Origin: an uncultured bacterium | GTDB taxonomy: Bacteria; Abyssobacteria; SURF-5 | Reading direction: 5' to 3' | Assembly: GCA_964607485.1 (NCBI GenBank) | Contig: CAZSKP010000039.1 | Span: 1 to 41,334, forward strand | Length of the DNA stretch: 41,334 bases | In this document: piece after piece, positions 36,101 through 41,334 of the stretch | Numbering within the stretch: the first letter of the stretch is position 1 | Layout of the letters: each line of letters begins with the position of its first letter | The notes under the pieces: model-generated | Seen by the model: the letters and a program-made list of their open reading frames with translations, nothing else | Told to the model about the DNA's origin: nothing | Databases searched by the model: none | Position numbers and translations under genes: made by a program

Positions 36101-38907
36101 TTGAGCTGCCGGGCCTCAAGCTAAGCCTTATTGACATAGACAAACATGCGTCGATCGCCGACCTTTCCTTACACCTATGGGACAGGCCGGAGGGTCTCGG
36201 CGGTTTTTTCGAGTACGACACGGAACTATTCGACGAAGGAACCATCGAGAGGATGACGTGGCATTTTCAAGTATTGCTGGGGAGCATTGTTGACGGACCC
36301 GAGCGGCGGGTGTCGGAACTGCAGATGTGTGATGACGCAGAGCGTCACCGGCTATTGTGTGAATGGAATGATACCCAGGCGAACTATTCGCGAGATTCCA
36401 CCATTCATGGCTTGTTCGAAGCTCAGGTTGAGCAAACACCGGACTCGCTCGCCGTGGTATTTGATGAGGAGAAGCTGACCTACCGTGAATTGAACGACCG
36501 GGCAAACAGGCTGGCTCATTTCCTGCAATCTCGCGGAGTCTGCAGGGGGACGATTGTAGGTATTTGCATGGAGCGCTCGGCGGATATGGTCGTGGCGTTG
36601 TTGGCGACGCTCAAGGCGGGAGGGGCATATCTGCCCCTGGACCCAACTTACCCTGTTGAGCGGCTGGCCGTCATCCTGGATGAGTCGAAGTCGCCGTTGA
36701 TACTCACGCACAAGAGCCTCGTCGATTTCCTTCCGGCGGAGGAACAAACGATTGTCTGCCTTGATGCGGATTCGGGCGTTATCGAAAAGGAAAGCATTGA
36801 AAACCCATCCAGTGAAGTATCGGCCGAGGATCTGGCCTATGTGATGTTCACATCAGGGTCCACCGGCATGCCGAAGGGCGTTTCGGTGCCTCACAGGGCT
36901 GTCGTCAGGCTGGTGAGGAACACCAACTATATTGAGCTGGGGCCGAACGACCGGATCGCACATGCCTCGAACTGCGCATTCGACGCCGCCACGTTCGAGA
37001 TTTGGGGTGCCCTCCTCTGCGGGGCTCGGATTGTGGGAATACCGAGGGACGTGACACTTTCTCCGAGGGACTTTGCGGCGCGGCTCCAAGACCAGGGCGT
37101 CACGACCCTGTTCTTGACGACCGCGCTGTTCAACCACATGGCCGCGGAAACTCCCGACGCGTTCAAATCCTTGAAGCATCTCCTTTTTGGGGGCGAGGCC
37201 GTTGAACCCAAATGGGTCAAGAAGGTGCTCGACGGCTGTCCTCCCGAACGATTGGTCCACGTGTACGGGCCGACTGAAAACACCACATTCTCCACGTGGT
37301 ATCTTGTGGAGCATGTCGCCGACGGGGCCGGCACCATCCCCATCGGCAGGCCGATATCGAACACATGCGCTTACGTGCTGGACGGAAAGATGCAGCCTGT
37401 GCCCGTTGGCCTTACGGGCGAACTGTATCTCGGAGGCGACGGTCTGGCGATGAGATACTTGAATCGTCCGGATCTTACCGCCGAGAGATTCGTTTCCGAT
37501 CCGTTTGACGGCATGCTCGGATGTCGCCTGTACAAGACCGGAGACCGGGTGCGATATTTGCCGGATGGCAACATCGAATTCATAGGCCGCCTCGACGACC
37601 AGGTAAAGATGCGCGGTTTTCGCATCGAGCCTGAAGAGGTCGAGATCATGCTGCGACAAATTCCCGCCGTCCGCGAAACGGTCGTATTGGCGCGAGAAGA
37701 TGAACCCGGCAACCGTTACCTTGCGGCGTATATCATACCCGAAGCCGGCCAAGCGCCAAGTGTAGCTGAAATCCGAAACTTCTTGAAACAAAAGCTGCCC
37801 GATTACATGGTGCCATCCGCTTTTGTAATGATGGAGGCCTTCCCGCTGACGCCCAATGGCAAGGTTGATCGTCGCTCTCTTCCGGTGCCTGAGCGCGGCT
37901 GTCTTGAACTTGTGGCGGAACATGTGGAGCCGAGAGACGCGGTCGAACTGCGGCTTGTGAAGCTTTGGGAATGCCTGTTGGATCTTCGTCCCATCGGGAT
38001 GAACGACAACTTCTTCGAGTTGGGTGGACACTCGCTCTTGGCCGCGCGCCTGTTTTCTCAAATCGAGAAGATGACCGGCAAGGCCTTGCCTCTGGGCACA
38101 CTTATTGAAAGGCCGACAGTCGAGCAACTTGCCGATGTGCTCCGAAAGGAAGGCTGGTCGCCCCAGTGGGAATCATTGGTGCCAATCCAGCCTCGTGGGA
38201 GCAAGAAGCCATTGTTCTGCGTGCACCCGCCGAGCGGCAACGTTTTTGGTTATACCGACCTGGCGCGCCATTTGGGAAATGAGCAACCGTTATTCGGGCT
38301 CCAGGCGCTTGGCCTGGACGGGAAACGGCCGCCTTTCACCCGTGTCGAAGACATGGCCGCTTTCTATCTTCAGGAAATACAATCCATCGACCCCAAGGGC
38401 CCGTATCTTCTGTGTGGAAGGTGTTCGATAGGGGGATTGGTCGCCTACGAAATGGCCCAACAACTTTTGAAGCAGGGTGAAGAGGTGGCGTTGTTGGCGA
38501 TGATAGATGTCGAGAATCCCGTGGCGTTAATGGACCCGGAGAGAAACCCATACCGTCACAAATCGCTGATCCATTACCCGCGCCGTAATATCAAGCGCTT
38601 AATCTCTTACGTACTCAGCGATCCCCAAACTCGCCGGTTCAATGAGGCGCTTGCCGCCAACATTCAAGCGAAACGTACGTATGTCCCAAAGGTCTACCCC
38701 GGCCGGATAACGTATTTCTTCAGCGAGCAATTCAGCCGGAACAAGTCCCGGCGCTTTCGCCCTGAAGTGCCCGGGGGATGGCAACAACTGGCGGGAGGCG
38801 GTTTGGAGATACATATCGTTCCCGGCGGCCATTTAACCATGCTGGCTGAACCACATGTTCGGGTGATGGCTGAAAAACTAAAAGCCTGTATGAATAGGGC
38901 AACGTAA
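33115..38907 (+). CDS. Non-ribosomal peptide synthetase A(acyl-CoA-ligase type)-T-C-A-T-TE (start 33094 or 33115)
   Basis: A1 HTSGTTSRPK, MPLFHIHGL, YGMTEASHQ, PKGPTGK; T1 LGGDSML; C LSFAQERQW, HHIAYDGWS; A2 FTSGSTGMPKG, YGPTE, YKTGD, GFRIE, NGKVDR; T2 LGGHSLL; TE LFCVHP, GPY.L.G, PGGHLTML. Confidence 0.95.
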   Translation: MSYVDKYEERPVRTGTDRIPAGSYCVHALVSAQAERNPNAIAILAPGRSALTYGRLFDQVSQSAGILRSFGIERNDRVAIVLPNGPEMAVAFLTVASCAASAPLNPAYRAAEFDFYLSDLKAKALIVQSGIDSPARTVAQERGILIIELSPNVDAEAGIFSLAGGVSWSAAKVDFAPPDDVALVLHTSGTTSRPKLVPLTQTNICTLAHNNRILLKLDEKDRCLNVMPLFHIHGLSVLLATIAAGGSVACTPGFYAPRFFEWMENFRPTWYSAVPTMHQAILSRAAENLETIGKCPLRFVRSASAPLPPKTMAELEAVFEAPAIEAYGMTEASHQIASNPLPPGQRKTGSVGLAAGAQVAVMNEAGNLVPAGEVGELVIRGKSVMKGYENNPEANRNAFTNGWFRTGDQGYMDSEGYIFITGRLKEVINRGGEKISPREVDEVLMEHPAIDQAVTFALPDPRLGEDVGAAVVLRENASVTEREIREFAAQRLADFKVPRRVVVLDEIPKGPTGKLQRIGLTETLGLESIAEGPTGAGAPYAPPRSATEKKLAAMWADVLGLNRVGIHDEFLHLGGDSMLATLLVSRVREAFRAELSLLSFFEEAFTVARMCEWLANADVAQPPVAVPLVPTERDQEFLLSFAQERQWFIQELDPGNCAYNSIACIRFEGPLSVMALENSLGEIIRRHEALRTTYPTMDGRPIQKIEEAGSIRLRPIDLAMFPGAEREARAMQLMTDEARRPFNLSKDMPIRPFLLKVNGEEHNLLLTIHHIAYDGWSAGVLLKELMTLYEAFAEAKPSPLADLPIQYVDFATWQRQRIDKEKTERQLSYWERVLGGGLPVLDMPTDHRRPARQSGRGRRLNFSLPVELSRSVKELCRNEGSTLFMVLLAAYQCLLHRYSGQTDIIVGSPISGRTHVQTEAMIGMFINTLPLRTDLSGDPTFRELIRRVRKTALEAYENQDVPFQEIVALMKPERVLNHLPLFQVMFVLQNAPMPHLELPGLKLSLIDIDKHASIADLSLHLWDRPEGLGGFFEYDTELFDEGTIERMTWHFQVLLGSIVDGPERRVSELQMCDDAERHRLLCEWNDTQANYSRDSTIHGLFEAQVEQTPDSLAVVFDEEKLTYRELNDRANRLAHFLQSRGVCRGTIVGICMERSADMVVALLATLKAGGAYLPLDPTYPVERLAVILDESKSPLILTHKSLVDFLPAEEQTIVCLDADSGVIEKESIENPSSEVSAEDLAYVMFTSGSTGMPKGVSVPHRAVVRLVRNTNYIELGPNDRIAHASNCAFDAATFEIWGALLCGARIVGIPRDVTLSPRDFAARLQDQGVTTLFLTTALFNHMAAETPDAFKSLKHLLFGGEAVEPKWVKKVLDGCPPERLVHVYGPTENTTFSTWYLVEHVADGAGTIPIGRPISNTCAYVLDGKMQPVPVGLTGELYLGGDGLAMRYLNRPDLTAERFVSDPFDGMLGCRLYKTGDRVRYLPDGNIEFIGRLDDQVKMRGFRIEPEEVEIMLRQIPAVRETVVLAREDEPGNRYLAAYIIPEAGQAPSVAEIRNFLKQKLPDYMVPSAFVMMEAFPLTPNGKVDRRSLPVPERGCLELVAEHVEPRDAVELRLVKLWECLLDLRPIGMNDNFFELGGHSLLAARLFSQIEKMTGKALPLGTLIERPTVEQLADVLRKEGWSPQWESLVPIQPRGSKKPLFCVHPPSGNVFGYTDLARHLGNEQPLFGLQALGLDGKRPPFTRVEDMAAFYLQEIQSIDPKGPYLLCGRCSIGGLVAYEMAQQLLKQGEEVALLAMIDVENPVALMDPERNPYRHKSLIHYPRRNIKRLISYVLSDPQTRRFNEALAANIQAKRTYVPKVYPGRITYFFSEQFSRNKSRRFRPEVPGGWQQLAGGGLEIHIVPGGHLTMLAEPHVRVMAEKLKACMNRAT

Positions 38908-38909
38908 AG

Positions 38910-39728
38910 ATGCACGAGAACGCAAATGAATCCGTTCGTCAGTCGTCTTTGTTGACTCCAACGCCCGCATTGGGTATGGATGAAATCCACGTGCTCCAGG
39001 CCCGTTTGGATACGGATGGACTGTATCTTGAGATGTACGAGCAGGTTCTTTCCGAAGATGAATTGGAGAGAGCAAACCGTTTTTATTTTTGGAAAGACCG
39101 GAGGGACTTTATTACGGCCCGCTGGTTTTTGCGAACTGTTCTTGCCTGTTACCTGAAGACAGACGCGTCTGGACTTCAATTCTCTTACAATGCTCACGGA
39201 AAGCCCGCGCTCGCCGGCAAATTGTCGAGTCAGGAGCTCTGCTTCAATTTGTCTCATTCCGGAGGACTTGTTCTTCTTGCCGTGGCGCGAGGGCGGCATG
39301 TCGGAATCGACGTGGAGCTTGTCAGCTCTCATCCGGCTGACAAAGGCATTATCGAGCAGTCCTGTTCTCCCAGCGAAGCTTCAATCTTGTATTCACTCCC
39401 GCGCCATATGCAATCAGAAGCCTTCTTCCGCTGCTGGACCAGAAAGGAAGCGTATCTGAAAGCGCGGGGGCAGGGATTGGCTTCGTGTCCGAAGCAGTTC
39501 AGCGTTCCAATGGATTCTGCCGGACCGACTTCTCACGTTGCAACCATAAGAGCTCGAAACGGAGTTCCTCCTTGGTCGATATGGCACTTGGCTCTGGCGC
39601 CCGGATATATAGGCGCCCTGGCCTCGGAAGGAAGCGCATGCGGCGTCAACCTTTGCTCCCTATCCTCAACCTCTTTTTGCGGAATCAGCGCCTCACCAGC
39701 CCCAACCAACACTATCATTAAGAAGTAA
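38910..39728 (+). CDS. Sfp-type 4'-phosphopantetheinyl transferase
   Basis: LS.DE.ERA.RF, HGKP, FNLSHSG, VGIDVE, WTRKEAYLKARGQG; starts 2 nt after the NRPS stop. Confidence 0.93.
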   Translation: MHENANESVRQSSLLTPTPALGMDEIHVLQARLDTDGLYLEMYEQVLSEDELERANRFYFWKDRRDFITARWFLRTVLACYLKTDASGLQFSYNAHGKPALAGKLSSQELCFNLSHSGGLVLLAVARGRHVGIDVELVSSHPADKGIIEQSCSPSEASILYSLPRHMQSEAFFRCWTRKEAYLKARGQGLASCPKQFSVPMDSAGPTSHVATIRARNGVPPWSIWHLALAPGYIGALASEGSACGVNLCSLSSTSFCGISASPAPTNTIIKK

Positions 39729-39885
39729 CGCGTCAACTAGCGCGACGGCCACGAGCGGGGCAAACTTAAAGTGAGAAATTTCTGCTTCGGACGATAAAGA
39801 TACCGCCCGCCCACACACACATTCCGCGATTCAACCGACCCGAAGCCGTCCCCCTTTGAAAACCTGACTCCTGAAGCGGGGCGAG

Positions 39886-40749
39886 GTGAACAAGATGAGA
39901 GTATTGGATTCTCTATATGAAATGGTCGATAGACTCAAGTATGACACACCACATGAGAAGATCGAGAAGATAACGAGTCTTCTGACCGAAGGAAAGACGC
40001 ACAGGGCGTTGGGCTTGGCTGCTGATGACATCAAACTGCTCTTCGCTGTTGCCCGCATTTTTCGACAGCGGGGAAACCACGACATCGCCCAAACCCTCTA
40101 CCAGAGAATCGGCAAGCTGAGTACCCGGGATCCAGACAGTCTGGTGAAAAAGGGACTGGCTCTCCGAAGCATCGGGAAGCACAGAGAGGCAATCTCATGC
40201 TACGATCTGGCGCTGAATCGGCGGCCGGACGACGCCGAGCTGTGGTCGAACAAGGGGGTTGCCCTCGGGAAATGTGAGAGATACGACGAGGCGTTGGAGT
40301 GTTATGACAGGGCACTTGAGATAGACCCCCTGCATGCAATCGCCTGGTCGAACAAAGGGGTTGTCCTTGCCAGGCTCGGAAGCCACGACGAAGCGATGGC
40401 GTGTTATGAGAAGGCGCTGGAATTGAACCCGAACCATGCGGAGATATGGTCGAATAAGGGCGTCGTCCTCGGCAATTTCAAACGACACGCCGAGGCAATC
40501 GAATGTTTCGACAGGGCGGTCCGCCTCAATCCCGCTCTGGCCGAGGCATGGAAGAACCTGGGCGCGGAACTTGCACGGCTCGGCAGACATCGTCAGGCAT
40601 TGAAATCCTATGAAAGGGCGCTGGCCCTCATTCCTGATGACACGGAGAGTTGGTACGGCAAGGGGGCCCTGCTCGAAAAACTCGGGAGAAATCGGGAGGC
40701 CGTCGCGTGCTACCGGAAAGCCACCAAAGTCGATATAGATTCGTCCTGA
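39886..40749 (+). CDS. Tetratricopeptide-repeat protein
   Basis: About six 34-aa repeats W.NKG..L...G...EA..CY.+AL...P. Confidence 0.9.
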   Translation: MNKMRVLDSLYEMVDRLKYDTPHEKIEKITSLLTEGKTHRALGLAADDIKLLFAVARIFRQRGNHDIAQTLYQRIGKLSTRDPDSLVKKGLALRSIGKHREAISCYDLALNRRPDDAELWSNKGVALGKCERYDEALECYDRALEIDPLHAIAWSNKGVVLARLGSHDEAMACYEKALELNPNHAEIWSNKGVVLGNFKRHAEAIECFDRAVRLNPALAEAWKNLGAELARLGRHRQALKSYERALALIPDDTESWYGKGALLEKLGRNREAVACYRKATKVDIDSS

Positions 40750-41009
40750 AGCTGGGCGAATCGAACCTCCCAAGCCCGCCTCATTTTCTTATCATCGTTG
40801 CCTTTCTGATCTCCGAATCCATGGCCATCCTTACCAAATGTGCAAGAAAGATGATACAATTTCCCTATCGTTGCAGCTTCGACTGAGACCGAATCGGAGG
40901 GCTCAATCAAAGAAACGAGTTGTAGGTTTGGAAAAAGCAGAAGTCGAAGAATACCATCTAAAAGTTGAGTGCGTGAAATGAGAATTGCAGCAGCCAGTGG
41001 AGGTGTCAT

Positions 41010-41303
41010 ATGAAAAGAGGTTCCGTTTGGTGGCCGTGGTTGGCTCCTGTTATCATCGTGATTCTGTTGTTTCCAATGGCATGCGGCTCAAAGGTAAACC
41101 GGGACAATTTCGAGAAGATCAAGAACGACATGACTTATGAAGAGGTCGAGGGGATCCTTGGCTCTGCGACAGAGTCATCAGGTGTGGATATCGGAGGGTT
41201 GTCCGGAGGCTCCTCGACATGGAAAAGCAAAGAGGACACCATCACCATCCAGTTCTTGAATGGAAAAGTGAAAGCTAAACAATTCTCCACGACTGGAAAG
41301 TGA
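41010..41303 (+). CDS. Small lipoprotein (DUF3862/BLIP-like or SmpA-like fold)
   Basis: Signal peptide ending PMA-C-G; NFEKIK..MTYEEV..ILG, W......I.IQF.NGKV..K; RBS GGAGGTG. Confidence 0.8.
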   Translation: MKRGSVWWPWLAPVIIVILLFPMACGSKVNRDNFEKIKNDMTYEEVEGILGSATESSGVDIGGLSGGSSTWKSKEDTITIQFLNGKVKAKQFSTTGK

Positions 41304-41334
41304 TCGTCTGGCTGCTTGTGGCCTATCATCAGGT

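Noticed and set aside
40240-40475. GGTCGAAYAARGG recurring every ~102 nt
   Set aside because: Coding periodicity of 34-aa TPR repeats, not CRISPR or a DGR template/variable pair; no reverse transcriptase in the window.

Overview
41 kb of mostly high-GC bacterial chromosome from an anaerobe; the taxon cannot be fixed from this window. No rRNA, tRNA, CRISPR array or transposase was seen. Left to right: (1) end of an nfeD-slipin pair, an ankyrin gene, an eroded XRE-HTH remnant and a lower-GC secreted beta-helix protein; (2) an acyl-CoA ligase plus one 2-hydroxyacyl-CoA dehydratase subunit; (3) a small surface-glycan cluster (GNAT, GT2, DUF2304, deacetylase) and an MBL hydrolase; (4) a sigma54-driven operon for an Hmc/DsrMKJOP-like membrane redox complex whose NrfD/HybB subunit is fused to a six-heme cytochrome c, followed by a Cys-rich PAS kinase and three stand-alone receivers, divergent from a PAS sigma54 activator with a C-x8-C-x3-C motif (promoters and candidate enhancer sites are readable in the DNA); (5) a GGQ release-factor homologue, an acyl-CoA dehydrogenase and an archaeal-type thymidylate synthase; (6) a low-GC two-gene AlbA_2/Schlafen cassette beside a mosaic of short repeats; (7) an extended SDR, an MMPL transporter, a class II photolyase, an unannotated 20-aa Cys peptide gene, AF1514-like and VOC genes; (8) an A(oxalyl-CoA-synthetase-like)-T-C-A(Ile/Val)-T-TE NRPS with its own PPTase, a TPR protein and a lipoprotein. 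Best novelty candidates: the putative N-oxalyl-amino-acid NRPS, the fused redox complex and its regulation, the split Schlafen cassette and the micro-peptide. All family calls come from motif recognition by eye, not from database searches.
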